64,000 nt of DNA from contig CAJFCJ010000009.1 of assembly GCA_904063045.1 (NCBI GenBank), positions 414,942 through 478,941 on the forward strand. The letters are read 5' to 3'. The position numbers were made by a program, and so were the translations under genes. This document shows, piece by piece, positions 1 through 13,296 of this stretch (the stretch's first letter is position 1; each line of letters begins with the position of its first letter). The stretch is from Dimorphilus gyrociliatus. Taxonomy: Eukaryota; Animalia; Annelida. The notes under the pieces were generated by a model that was not told the origin of the DNA, searched no databases, and saw only the letters and a list, made by a program, of their open reading frames with translations.

Positions 1-213
1 GAGAGAGAATGCTCTTTCATTGCTGAACCATGTCACGTTGTAGGAACTAAAAGTGTTATCGATCGTTTTATAATTCACCTTTATGGTAATTGTGGTCATT
101 CTTGTCAAATGAACACAACTTGCCAAAAGATGGGTTGGTACGCCAATGAAATGCCCGGAAGGGGCTCATTCTATCTCAGGACAAAAAGAATTTACCCTTA
201 TTGTATAAATTAA
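1..213 (+). CDS. 3' end of a pancreatic-lipase-family gene (tandem paralogue of the lipase at 659-1943), truncated by the window edge
   Basis: Frame 1 reads ERECSFIAEPC...GNCGHSCQMNTTCQKMGWYANEMPGRGSFYLRTKRIYPYCIN* (TAA 211-213). This aligns with the C-terminus of the downstream lipase (CQYTAYPC...CQRMGYYADTMPGRGTFFLRTTPNHPHCEN*). Confidence 0.85.
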   Translation, partial: ERECSFIAEPCHVVGTKSVIDRFIIHLYGNCGHSCQMNTTCQKMGWYANEMPGRGSFYLRTKRIYPYCIN

Positions 214-282
214 TAATGCATCACGTCAACTTCACTTTTACTCTCGCACAAAACCTACTAATGTAAAGGAAAAGAAGGTTCA

Positions 283-302
283 TCTCTCTCTCTCTCTCTC
301 TC
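283..302. repeat. (CT)n microsatellite
   Basis: Direct reading of a tctctctc run. Confidence 0.85.
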
Positions 303-658
303 CCTATCTCACCTTACACATATTTTTATTGTTAATACGTTGTTTTAATTAGTTAATACTTTTGTATTCTTATGATTCTAAAGTATGAAAAATGTATTTT
401 ACTTTTAGAAATAATCTTTGATAAAGAATTTAAAAGTTTGTTCAAATTTAAATATATTTAGAAAATGAAAGTTTATGATAATCTCCTCATTTTAACCTGC
501 GTACTTTTGGAATGTAGTTATGAAACAAATATTTTTATTCCTACATACTTTTCATAGTTATTTACAATGGGTTTGAACAGATGGATGATAAAGAAAAAAA
601 ATTACGTTTAGGTATAAATAAGCTTAAATATATTACTTTAAAAATTATTTCAGTCATC

Positions 659-1943
659 ATGAAATACTTTGCGGCTTTGCTTCTATTGCCTTTTGCCTTG
701 TAATTTTAATACATATTTAACGATGAGAGTACAGTTACGTATATTATCTCGTTTTTCTTTTTTATTTTCAGTTGTGCTGAGGTTTGTTATCCACCATGCG
801 GATGCTTTAATGATGATCCTCCATTCGAGGGAGATTGGTTACCGGAACCCATTGAAGAACAGGATATTACATACGAACTCTTTACAAGAAATAATCGCGA
901 TGATCCTATTGACTGTACCTTAGACCAATTACCGTAAATAGATCATTTAATATCATATTAAAACTGAACTAATTAACAGTTTTTTAAATTTAGAAACGAA
1001 TTTGATCAGAATAAGCCAACTAAATTCGTTTGGCACGGATGGAATGGTCGATCGGCTTCCCATTACGCAACTAAAGATGCTATTTTGGACCATGTCGATG
1101 CCAATGTTTTTGTTGTTGATTGGCCAGGCGCTACCGATTTAGTATATTTTCAGGTAACAAAAATTAACACAGCTTTCTTATATTCTTTCATATAATATGA
1201 TTTTTCTATAGGCTGTTGCCAATGCCCGTTTGGCCGGTAGCTGTACTGGAGTATTTACTAAAAGATTACTTGATAGATTCGGTGGAGATATCGATACCTA
1301 CCATTGTGTTGGCCATAGCTTGGGCGCTCATGTTTGTGGATATTATGGAGATATGATGAATTACACTTACAGTTTGGTTTTAGGAAGAGCCACTGGTCTT
1401 GATCCCGCCGGTAAGAATTTTGCTTAGAATTGTTTTTAAAAGAGCAACGCAATGTAATTCATTATAAAGGTCCTGGTTTCGATGGTGGAGATCCAAGATT
1501 CCGTCTTGACAAAGAAGATGCTAGATTCCAAGATAATATCCATACCAATACTAAGGGTTTCATCTATCTCGGTCTTGGAAAACCAGTTGGTGACGTAGAC
1601 TTCTTCCCAAATAAGGGAGATTTCCAACCTCCTTGCGAAGATGGTAGCTGCTCTGATCACAGTGTTTGTGTACGATACTTTAGGATTTCAATGGATAAAG
1701 ATCAATGCCAATACACTGCATATCCCTGCAACAGCGATGACGATGCCGACGATGTAAACACAAATATACTTAAAATGATTTTCTTTTATCTAAACATTCT
1801 GTATTTTCCAAAAATAGGGTAAATGTGAAACATGTACAGCAGGCGTTGATTGTCAAAGAATGGGATACTATGCCGACACTATGCCAGGTAGAGGAACCTT
1901 TTTCTTGAGAACTACACCTAACCATCCTCACTGTGAAAATTAA
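659..1943 (+). CDS. Secreted pancreatic-lipase-family enzyme (catalytic domain only, no PLAT domain), multi-exon
   Basis: Signal peptide MKYFAALLLLPFA, then EVCYPPCGCFNDDPPF, HGW, VDW, GHSLGAH (catalytic Ser), GLDPAG (Asp), DFFPN and CSDH (His). GT-AG introns join in frame (e.g. 700-771, ending 1817). Stop at 1941-1943. Confidence 0.92.
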
Positions 1944-2311
1944 ATAAAACATAAGCGGACTCTTATTAACCTTCAAAGAAATGCGATGTGTTATACAATA
2001 AAAACTGATTGAAAGTACTTGAAAAGTCTGCGATAAAAAGATTTAATAAAATATTTTATGTATGTTTGAGGGATTTTGTTTTCAAAGTTTCTATGCTTTT
2101 CAATTTCTGTACAAAAATAAACATACAAGATTTAATTACAACTTGAATTCTACTCTTCTTCCATTATTTAAACATTATGGACACTTCAATTATAATTGTT
2201 TGTTTTTCGATAATACAATAGAACTTGCAGCGACATCTGTATTTCATAATTTATATGATCAGGTATTTTCGGCGGTTTTTCAAAATCGTTAAGTTCTTTT
2301 AAATCGTCGCT

Positions 2312-4842
2312 ATGTCGGTAGATAATAGCTCTCAGTTTATAGTTTTTATGCGAAATTTAGGATATGAAGGGCCCTTAAATATAGAAGACGTTAATATTGC
2401 ACTGGAAAATGATGAATTTCAATTATATGATCTGGTTAAAAATCTCTCTGAAGATAACATTGTAACTAACGAAGAACTATTACAGCAAGTATTCTTCATG
2501 AGTCTTTCATCTTGAAGATTAGCATTTATTTTTCAGCTCGAAGGCTGATCAACAGATAACGCCTGTACAAGTGGAGGAAAATATCGATTCTATCACTCTG
2601 AAAATAGAGGAAAATGCATTCGAGTTAGAGAAAGAAAGGTATAATAGAAAATCTCTTTAATCAATCTAGAATAACAGAGGATTTTCAATTAGAATCGAAA
2701 ACGAATATTTACAACATGCTGTAAACCTTCAAGAAGAAATATATTGCAACTTAATGGAAGAAAGAAATTACCTTCGGTATTGAGATCACTTAATTAAAGA
2801 TAGTATGATAAAGTATTACAAACTACTTTCCAATGACAGGGTAGCTAGAAGGAAAAAATCAGAAAGTGAAGAAGAAGCTCAAACTTGTCCAAATAAATGT
2901 GAAGCTGAATATGAAAGAGCTCTGAAGTCGTCAACAGAAGCATGCAAAAAAGTATTCCTTTTCCTATAATATCTATTTATTTCCAATTAATATTAATATT
3001 TCCCTTAAAGGTAGATAATGCATTGTCAAACGTTCAAATTGGTGTTCGTCAGTTAGCATCCATTGGAGAAAATATGTTTTTTAGTAATATGCCTTTCGAT
3101 CAACATAAGGAAGCAGAGAAGATCTTCACTCAGCAATTAACGCAATTTACAAAACGCCAGTTTATTCAAGTAATACATACAAGATTAAAGATTTAAAGTT
3201 ATTACATAAAGCTCAATTTTACCTTTTTCGAATATAGGGAATTGAAGAGTTGGCTGTGAAAAAGAACGATACTCAGTTCGAATTTTTAGACGTCACTAAA
3301 CCTGAGATATTATTATTAAAAGGATATTGCGAAGAAGTGAATATAGCTCAATGTAGACAGCTAGCAAGATTAAAAAAGCTGTAAGTAAAAGAGGTGTTTT
3401 CTTGGATTTTTAAATATAAATATTTCATGTGTATTTATATAGATTTTTTGAAAAGGAGAAGAAGTACTTTAATGCTTTGTTATTAGAAGCATCTCTTTCA
3501 GCTGCAAATCAATTCCTTGATACTGTTGAAATCAGTAAATTTTCCAAAAACATTAGTGCATTAGAGTAAGTTTTTCTTCCTTAATTAAGCAGTCTATAAA
3601 TAATAATTTTCTCTTTTCTTTCTTTATTGACTTGGTTTATTTTTAGAAAGCAGATAAATGAGAACAAATCAAAGTCTAGAAGAATAGAGAATGATATCTT
3701 GAATCTAACAACAAACTCTTTACCAATGCTGTTACAACACGCTCAAGAGGCTCAGGAAACAAGAATATTAAGAGGAGATTACGACTTGAAAATAATGAGA
3801 CAAAACTATTTTTTAGATAAACAGGACCAAGTATAATCTCATTTTTAATATGTTTATTATAAGAGATTTAATAAAATTTCAATTCAACAGGTTATTGAAG
3901 AATTGGCTAAGCAGAGAGCTCGTTGGGACATTTTATTAGTAGCATCTGATATAGAAGTGCAAAGACATCGAGAGACGAAACATCTCTTGACAGCGATTTC
4001 TTCGTTTCTTTCTGATTTTCAAACCTGCATAGAGAGTAGATCGGTAAGATAAGATGAAAACAATCATCAAGAGCACTTGGCACCTTATCTAATTCTTTTA
4101 TAATTTAGAAAGTTTTAGAGGCAATTTGCGCTATTGAGAATTATGATACCAGAACAACTGTTCACTCAAAAGATGCTACGTCATTGATGCTAGGTCAAAT
4201 TCTCACAGAAGTTCAAGGTAAATAATAAATAGAACAAATGTTTTTTAGAGCATAACATATAAAAATTGATCTATTTTTAGTTTTGAGCACTGAGAAGAGC
4301 CATAGTAAGAAATTATTCTATCCATTTTCATTCATAAATGAACGGGCGCAAGTTTTAACTGAAAAGTATAAGAATAATCAAATATCTAATTTTAAAAGAA
4401 ATGAAGATGTTATTAATAAAATAAAGGAACTGTTAGTATTGTAATTTGTTTTTTCATTATACTTATCACATCCCCTTTTGTTTTTATATTATTCTAGTGA
4501 AAACTTATGTAAGGAACTCAACGATAACTCAGTACTGAATATGTTCGAGAATCTCTATTCACAATACTTTCACAATCTTTCAACGTCACTACAAAGTTGT
4601 GAAGTGAAAGCAAAGACACTCTTAAAGGACATTGAAACAAAGAAAAAGGTAATACAAAACTCCATTTTTTATGATAATATTCAAATTTTCGTATGGTTTC
4701 CATGTTTTTATTGTATTTTGATGGTAAACAGGAATTAGGATCGAATCAATACAAGGCCTTAGAAAATGATTTATGCATCTTATTCTATACGGATCGAATG
4801 AATTTCTTAAATCGTACTCAATTGTTCTGCGAAAGTGAATAA
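2312..4842 (+). CDS. HAUS3: HAUS augmin-like complex subunit 3, multi-exon
   Basis: N-terminus SQFIVFMRNLGYEGPLNIED...NLSEDNIVTNEEL, internal ILRGDYDLKIMRQNYFLDKQD and C-terminal LENDLCILFYTD match HAUS3. Stop at 4840-4842. Confidence 0.85.
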
Positions 4843-5365
4843 TGTACAATTTCTTTAATTATATTCTAAATTTTCTTGTATTAAAACTGACTTTAGAAAA
4901 AATTCTGTTGTGTTTCTTGAATAATATACATATATACAATATATACAATGCAACAAAAAGAAGTATAACATAAAGATTATCAACTGTTATCCATTATTGA
5001 GTTCAGCGTATGCTTAATACCCGAAGGCAAAGAATTATTTCACTAGTTTTGATACTATTAATAAACACCTACAAAGCTTATGTACTGTATATTATATAGT
5101 CAATATTACTTCAAGATTATTGCATAGAAAAAGCATTTTTTAAAAAAAAGGCGCCATCTGGTGTACACAAAGGATTAGGTTGAATTTTGCCCTTGTTAAT
5201 CGTTTGAATACCAGTCGCAGAATTTGGGAGCAGTCGTTACGGAAATAGCTCCTATTTTTGATACTATTAGTCCTCAAAAACAGCAAGTCACGGTGATCGT
5301 TTTTGCTATCAATCGCGCCACACTACCTAAAACAAAAAAAATAAACGCTTCATTTTAACGCAATC

Positions 5366-7557
5366 ATGGGCCTGCTGAGCGAGGGTTCTCCACTATCTTG
5401 GCAAGAAACAAGAAAATACGCAGAGCACGTCAGGAAATTAGGAATTGAGCAATTTATAAAACTCTACCATAAACTGAAGAATAGAAGAGGCGATGAATTG
5501 AAATGGGGCGACGAGGTTTGTTCGTAACTCTGACACGTCATAAATATTAAATATAAACATATACTGTGTAGGTTGAATATATGTTGGTTCAATTCGATGA
5601 TCAAGCCAAACGAGCTAGAGTTGTACTCAAAGCGGAGGAAATCTTGGATATTCTTCAGGAAAAGGAAAGAAATTTCCCAAAGTTAGTTGAACTTTTTTCT
5701 TCCTTCTAGGGTATTACGAATAATCATTTCGCCTTAAATACTCAGTGATCATCCAACAACTTGGAGACCGGAATATGCATGCTACATGATTGAAGGAACT
5801 CCCGGAAAGCCTTACGGACATTTAATGGCTCATTTTAACGTAGTGGAAGCTAATATGGAATTGAGAAGAAATGAAGTTAAAAAATTGCTGAAAGATAATG
5901 AATATCCATTGAGTTTAGCAGTTTTTCCGAGAGTGGGTTGTCCTGACTTTACTTTCCCAAAACTCGAACCAACACCTAACTCAGGAGCTTCTCATTCGTT
6001 GTATTTTCCGGACGAAGCTATCTTCGGAATGCATCCCAGATTTAAGTATATTTATTGTATATTGTTTAATAACTCTAAAATTACCTTTAGATTATGTATT
6101 TTCTAGAACACTTACAAGAAACGTGAGAGAACGCAGAGGTGAAAAACCTCATATTAACGTTCCAAGTAAGGCTTTACTATACAATCACATAATGATCTTT
6201 AAGTAATCTTACAATAATCTACAGTTTATAAAGATAAAAATACGCCTGAACAAACATCAGATGATCCTGGAGCCAAACCTGGACACATTTATATGGATTG
6301 TATGGGTTTCGGTATGGGATGCAGTTGTTTGCAAATGACATTCCAAGTTAGTATAATTTTGTAAAAATTAAGTAAAAAATTATTGGCAAAAATTTTAAAT
6401 AGGCCTGCTGTGTTGATGAAGCTCGTCTTTTGTATGATGAATTGTCTCCGCTGTGCCCAATCATTCTCGCTTTATCGGCGGCTACACCGTATTTCAGAGG
6501 ATATTTGGCTGATGTTGACTGTAGGTGGGACATTATATCAGCCTCAGTAGATGACAGAACAAGAGAAGAGAGAGGGTTGGATCCGTTGAAAGAGGACAGG
6601 TTTGTTATACAGAAATCGAGGTACGGAACCGCTGACTCCTACCTTCACGATAAACACGCAAAATATAATGATGTTGAGTTATTATACGACAAAAAGATCT
6701 ATGACAAACTGAGAGAGAATGACATTGATGACCTACTGGCACAGCACATAGCTCATTTATTTATAAGAGATACATTATCATTGTTTTCTGAGAAAATAGA
6801 TCCAAGTGGTGATGACGATACTGATCATTTTGAGAACATTCAAAGTACCAATTGGCAAAGTATGAGATTTAAACCTCCTCCTCCCCAATCTTCAATTGGA
6901 TGGAGAGTAGAATTTAGACCAACTGAGGTTCAATTAACAGATTTTGAAAATGCGGCATTTGCCACTTTCATTGTTATGTTAACAAGAGCAATAATGTCCT
7001 ACAAGTTGCACTTTGTCTTGCCAATCTCAAAGTTACATGAAAATATGCAAAAGGCTCAAAAGAGGGACGCTGTTTTGAATGAGAAGTTTTGGTTTAGAAG
7101 ATATGTAACAGAGTGTGAAGGATACAATTGCTGTGAAACAGTTCAATTGTCCGTCAATGAAATTATTAATGGTTGTAGTAATTTTCCAGGTCTTGTACCA
7201 TTGGTAAAGCACTATATTACATCCATTGATGACTGCGATGTTGATACCCAATGCACAGTTCTACAGTACTTAAAGCTCATTGAAAGAAGAGCAAGCGGAG
7301 AATTATGGACAGCAGCTAAATGGTTAAGACATTTGGTTACCAGTCATCCTAGTTATCAAAACGATTCAATCATAAGTGAAGAAATTTCCCATCATGTGAT
7401 GCGTCAGGCTGAATTAGTGACAAATGGGAAGCTGCTTCCGGAGAATTTGTTAATAAATTTCAACACTAAATCCAAAGGAGATATCAATGCAGCTACTGAG
7501 AAACATCATAGCTTGTTAGCGTCTAAACGTAAACAAGCAACTCCGTCACAAAACTGA
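5366..7557 (+). CDS. GCLC: Glutamate-cysteine ligase catalytic subunit, multi-exon
   Basis: [19 protein letters not shown]...[47 protein letters not shown] and [18 protein letters not shown]...GWRVEFRP are hallmark GCLC motifs. Confidence 0.97.
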
Positions 7558-7903
7558 GGTCCGCTTTTTCACTTTATTCTACGTAATTGAGCTAAATTTC
7601 ACATTATATTTATGCTTTTCTTACCAAGTGCTCACTACTATTATTACACACCAAGTAATACTATAACGTTTAGTGTTTCCGAATTCTTCTACAACTGCCT
7701 TGATTAATAATTAACGTTTTATTGCTTTTTCTATATGTTTGTAATGTGAGACTTAACGCTTATAGACTTATGATTATCCTTTAATTAAAATACAGATAAG
7801 GAAACATAAAAGTTGTATATACAATAGTTTTACAAAAGAAGACTCTATTGAATTGTTTGGGAGCTTGTTTAAATTCCAGTTAAAAAGTATCCAAAATGTT
7901 ATC

Positions 7904-8297
7904 TTATTGATAATACAATTCCAAATTCATTCCGTCGTGAATTTCGTCTGAAAAGAAGGTTCATTAAAAGCTGATAATGATGCTACTCTAAGATTATTCT
8001 TACAATCTTGTAAAGTTACGTGATCCTTATAAATCGTATACCTAATTGAAAAACATTTATTATGTATTTAAAATTAATAGTTTTAAAATAGTTATATACC
8101 ATTTCTTTAGAACAATGCGATCCCATTTGGTGCCGGTTTGGGCTGCAATAAGCTTCTTTAAGTCTCCTATTGTGTCATCAGCGCTAGAGTAATGACAATA
8201 ATGAATATCCGCCTACTATTGATATATAAGTTAATACTTACTTGCACTTAATTCTTACTTTTTTACCTAAACGGTCATTGCACGTAATTTCAATCAT
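7904..8297 (-). CDS. UBL5: Ubiquitin-like protein 5 (Hub1), 4 coding exons; absent from the ORF track
   Basis: Spliced translation [73 protein letters not shown] (73 aa) is near-identical to UBL5. Confidence 0.96.
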
Positions 8298-8652
8298 CTA
8301 AAATTAAAATATTTGTATTATCGCTCTATAATATTTTTCGTTTTCGTGCATTATTAACAATATCATATGATTACAATTTTGTTTGCAAAGTATTTAATGA
8401 TATTTAAAATATTCTATATTATTAGTCTAATAAATGCAAATTAACCTTAAAATTACTTTAACAATTTGAAAGTGAATCGATTTCAGTCGAGTTTTATTTA
8501 TGCTACTAATTCCCGAAATATCGTAAGTCGATATTTTTCCGAAATATTTTACGGATAATTCGGTACATAATCGAACTTTGTTCCAATGTTAAAATCATCT
8601 TTCACCGTGTTATTTCCTTAATTTAAAATATATCCACCTTTTTTAAGTGGAA

Positions 8653-9886
8653 ATGACCTCTGGAACAACAGTGTTGTCAAAATCTAGATCAGTAATTCAA
8701 TACCTTCACGATCCAAGCCTTGTTGCGTATTTTCAAGAATTATGTGGTATCCGCCGGTATTCAGCGAATGGTATGTCAAAAAATGGAACTAATGGTAAAT
8801 CATATGAAAATGGCAAGAATAAAAAACAGAAAGAGAAAGATTTTGTTATAACGAATAAATCGCTAGATGTTCTTTTTCAAATTGGATCAGCTTTGGGAAA
8901 TGAACTTTTTTTGACTTTTTTTTTCTCATGGTTCTTTTGGAGTGTTGACTCTTTTGTAGGAAGAAGAGTTTGTATGTTTTGGGCTGTATACATGTACATT
9001 GGACAAGCAACTAAAGATTTCCTCAAATATCCAAGACCCGCAAGCCCTCCTGTAATTAGGTTGGAAAAAAGGTACGAACTAGAATACGGGTTTCCATCAA
9101 CACATGCCATGACAGGTGTTGGCCTTCCAGTTGCAGCATTCATATTTACTTATACACGATATGACTACTACGCTTATATTGGCATTATAATTTGCTCTCT
9201 TTGGGGATTATTGGTTGGCCTAAGTCGATTGTACTTAGGCATGCACTCCATTCTTGTAAGTTAGCCATATAGTAACACAAGTAAATATTATGGAAATTTG
9301 TTTTCAGGATATCCTTGCCGGCTATGTTTACATTTTCCTCATTACACCAATTTTTCTACCAATACTCGACATACTCGACCCCTATATACTCGACTATCCA
9401 TATACACCCATTGTTATACCATCTATTTTAATTCTCATTATGGCTTTTTATCCAAAATGTAAGGAATGGAATAGCGCTAGAGGCGATACTGCACTCGTTC
9501 TCGGAATAGCTGGAGGAATTATGATTGGCCATTGGTTTGCAAGAGAATGGAACCTTATGACAAGAACTGGTTATGAGCATCAAAGTTTGAAACATGAAAT
9601 TACAATGCCGTCATTAAAAGTATGCTCTATAGTTTTTATACGGCAAGTTGTTGGTTTGATTATACTTGTCATAACGAGATTCACTTTCAAGTATGGTTCC
9701 ATTTATGGTCTATGTAAAATATTTGGGTTTGACTGGAGAAACGTTGAACATAGGAAATTTGGATTGATCGAAATACCTTATAAATTAATAACTTATAATG
9801 CTATGGCTATAAATGCGGTAATTTTGGCGCCCAGTGTTTTCGAATTGCTGAATATAGACAGAAGTGACTTTAGAGGAGAATTATAG
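8653..9886 (+). CDS. SGPP1: Sphingosine-1-phosphate phosphatase (PAP2 family), 2 exons
   Basis: PAP2 motifs KDFLKYPRP, PSTH and SRLYLGMHS, plus LGNELFLTFFFSWFFWSVD...RRV. One intron at about 9256-9308. Assignment to SGPP1 versus SGPP2 is not resolvable. Confidence 0.9.
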
Positions 9887-9971
9887 GGATTTTGTTTTAT
9901 ATTTTTTATTAAAAGTTACGCTAGTCACTCGGTTTTTGCACTTTTATTTTTAAATGACAATATTGGATAAT

Positions 9972-12911
9972 TTAACAGTTATATTTATCCAGTCGCTTAC
10001 TTTTTCCCCAAATCAAAGTACAAAATTCAATTAAACAATAAACTATTATAGCAAATAAACCTATTGCAACTAATAAAAGGACTGTCAACGATACCCAGAA
10101 ACCAATATTGTCCATATTTGTTGTTGATTCATCTGAAGTACTTGTGTCCTTCCACTTGTCATTTTCTTCAACTTCACACCACCTGCCTGCGTAACCGGTT
10201 TTACAAATGCATTCGTAAGAAGACCCAGTGGGTTTACAGACTCCATGAATACATTCTGATGATTTACAAGGATTTAATGTGTCTTGCTGACAATATAGGC
10301 CTCTAAACCCTTCGGGGCATGAACATCTAGTGTTTGATTGAAATTACAATTTTATCTTCTGAGTGTTTTAAATGGCTTTAAAATTTTAAATAAATGAATG
10401 AATACTCACTGAAATTTCAATATTCTTCCCACTTCGAAAACCGTACAGGTTCCACCATTTTGACAGGGGTCTTTTAAACATCCGGCCTTTTCCCACTTGC
10501 AATTAGTACCTGTCCAGTTATCTTCACACAGACACTCATATTGACCACTTGAGAGTGTTTTCGAATCAAAGTCATTTTTCCTACAAACACCTCTTTCACC
10601 ACAGAATAGCAGTGGGCAAACGCCATCTTCAATTCTTTCTTGGCAGTATTTCCCGGTCCAACCAGGCAAGCAGGCACATTGTTTACCTACATTTCGACAT
10701 ATAGCTTTTTCACCACATTTTTTAGAACATGAAGATTCAAAATGCTGACACCAACTGCCATAATAGTTGGGTGGGCAAAAACATTCTTTTCTTTGCTTTT
10801 CAGCATCATATAAACATGCCCCGCCATTTTGACAAGGATTAAGTTCGCATCCCAAAATTTTCTAATCAAAATACGAAATTGTTGAGTTTTACATTATTTC
10901 AAAACATGGTATAGTATACAAACCCAATTGGTTAGCGACGCATATCTTTTTGATCTTTTATTTTTACTATCATCTTCAATAGCTGATGCAATACCAATTG
11001 TAACACTTCTTAGAAAAGGAAATTGACTGTAGCTTAGAGCAGTTGATAAGATTTTCCTTACAGACTCAATTGAATTTTCTCTAATAGGGTAAAGTGTCAC
11101 AGAGAAATATATGTAACCCTGGCCACTCTTTTTATCCGTAAAATGAAAGTCAAAATTGGAAAATTCTCCTTCCTATTATATTTAAGGGATAAGATTTTCA
11201 ACTTAATAAAATCTTACCTTATGTAAGAAAGTGTTTAAATAGGTATTACTATAGAAATTTTAAAATTATCTTATCCCTTTATCCCTTCAGACCTACCTAA
11301 AGAATCTTCAATTATATCTCGCAATTCCTTTGATAAATCATTTGAAGCTTCATTAAATTCGATTGAAGCCGGATTTTCTAACGCTGGATTTAAATTGCTT
11401 ATTACTGTAAAAGTAATTGGAAATGTAACATTTAAATTTCTTGAGGATGTCGAGACTAAAGATCTCGGTTGATTGTGTAAACATAAAAAAGATCCCACTA
11501 AATTTTGACAATACGATCCGTTATTTCGACAGGGATTTGATAAACACTCGTTAATATCTATATATGACCATTTATGGACAGTTCGATTCTCTCTAAAAGA
11601 TGGAGTATAGTCATCTATGAGGAAGCTGCCAATTCAACAAGGTTTAACATATTCAAGCTTAGATTGAGGAGATGTTTTTTTTAAAAACTTACCAGTTCTT
11701 GCCTTTTGCGAAATGATCAAATTCGAAGGCTAAACAATTGTTGGCTATACAATTATTCCTACATTCCAGAAGAGATTGAGTTGACATGGACATGGGCCGA
11801 AAACCATCAATAGCCCAAGATTTTTCTAGCATATAGAATCCGGATACTTGACGACAGTCTGAACCAAAATATCCAGTCATACATTTGCATTCTCCCCTAA
11901 TACACATTCCATAGCCGTGACAGGAATAAATGGGATGGCACCTTTTATTTCGCCTCTTCAATCTAATATCACTGTTCTTTTTCGTTAACTTGTTACTTAT
12001 CAATAAAGTAGAGGTTTTATTACAATACTTGGTAATGAAACCGTTATCACAACCGTTTTTACAGACTCCTGTAATGCTATTGCAATTAAGGTGATTTTTA
12101 CAAGCGCCGCAAGTATTTGAACAATTTTTTCCCCAAGTTCCTTTTGGGCAAATTTTAAGGTTAGACTTTTTTAGCTTCTCTGCCTTTATTGCCCTTTGCT
12201 TTGTAACACATTCAAAACTTCCAATAGTGTTGAAACAATATTCTCCAATCGGACACGACTCGTTTTTCAATATGCTACATTCATCTACATCGGAGCAAAT
12301 AGCTTCCGATATTAGTTCAAAACCATGACGACAAGAACAAGAAAAAGAGCCAAATGTATTTAAACATATGCCGTTGTTAAAATGACATTTTTTGCCCAAT
12401 TCTGATTCACATTCATTAATATCTTGATAATAAGTTTTTCCAATCAATTCTAGAGCTTTCATGTCTTCCGTTGTATTATTCGGCAAAAGGAAACAATTAA
12501 CCTCACTTGTGAAATGTCTAGGCAAGAAACGATAGATGGCGTAAAATTCCTACTGATTAATCAGGAGGAGGAGATACTTTGTTAATATATTTTTTTATAA
12601 GTGATACTTTTGAAGATCGTTACTAGCCTAGTCCAATCGTAGACGAAAGCTGAACATGATCTCTCAGAGCATAAATTTGAACAATCAATAGCTGATTGCG
12701 CGTTTATTCGTTCAAAAAACACCGAATCGTCTAATGAGTAATTTGGCAATGATACTAAACCAATAATCTCTGAACAATCATTCCCACCATAATTTGGACT
12801 ACATATGCAAATTTCATTCTGGCATAGTCCTACAGAATTACACTCCCTTGGACAATTGGTCATTAATGATCCAATATTCATTAGCATAGCTATTAAGCTG
12901 AATAACTTCAT
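9972..12911 (-). CDS. Type I membrane protein with signal peptide, EGF, PAN/Apple-like, cbEGF, SEA-like and further EGF modules, TM and short tail
   Basis: MKLFSLIAML signal peptide, repeated EGF cysteine spacing, DINEC/DVDEC cbEGF starts, CSAFVY/CLAFEF PAN-like motifs and SEA-like TFPITFTVISNLNPALENPASIEFNEAS. TM is FWVSLTVLLLVAIGLFAIIVYCLI; stop at 9972-9974. Most junctions join in frame; those around 11100-11290 are less certain. Confidence 0.72.
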
Positions 12912-13296
12912 TTATTCAATGGTTTACTAATTTTATAAACAAACAAAAAACGATAAAAGAGCAACGTCACTGTTGTTTTGTTTAATATTCGAAATACGGA
13001 GTACGGTGTAATTTGTTTTTTTTCTTAGGCCTAAACACGCTTTTTTATCACTTTTTCGTTAGTAATTAATTATAAGTTGATTTAAGATGATTACAAAAAC
13101 TAAACTTGATAAAACTATTATTTTATCAAGAAAATTCGTATAGCTTTTTTATAAATATTTACGAAGAAAAAAGAGTCTGACATAGTTGTCCTATAACAGC
13201 GCCCTCTATCTGCTCACCTGTATGTCTTCATTTGCAGTTTAATATTAGAAGATATATACAAATTCTAATATAATTTGTTAAAAAAAAGCAACAATA

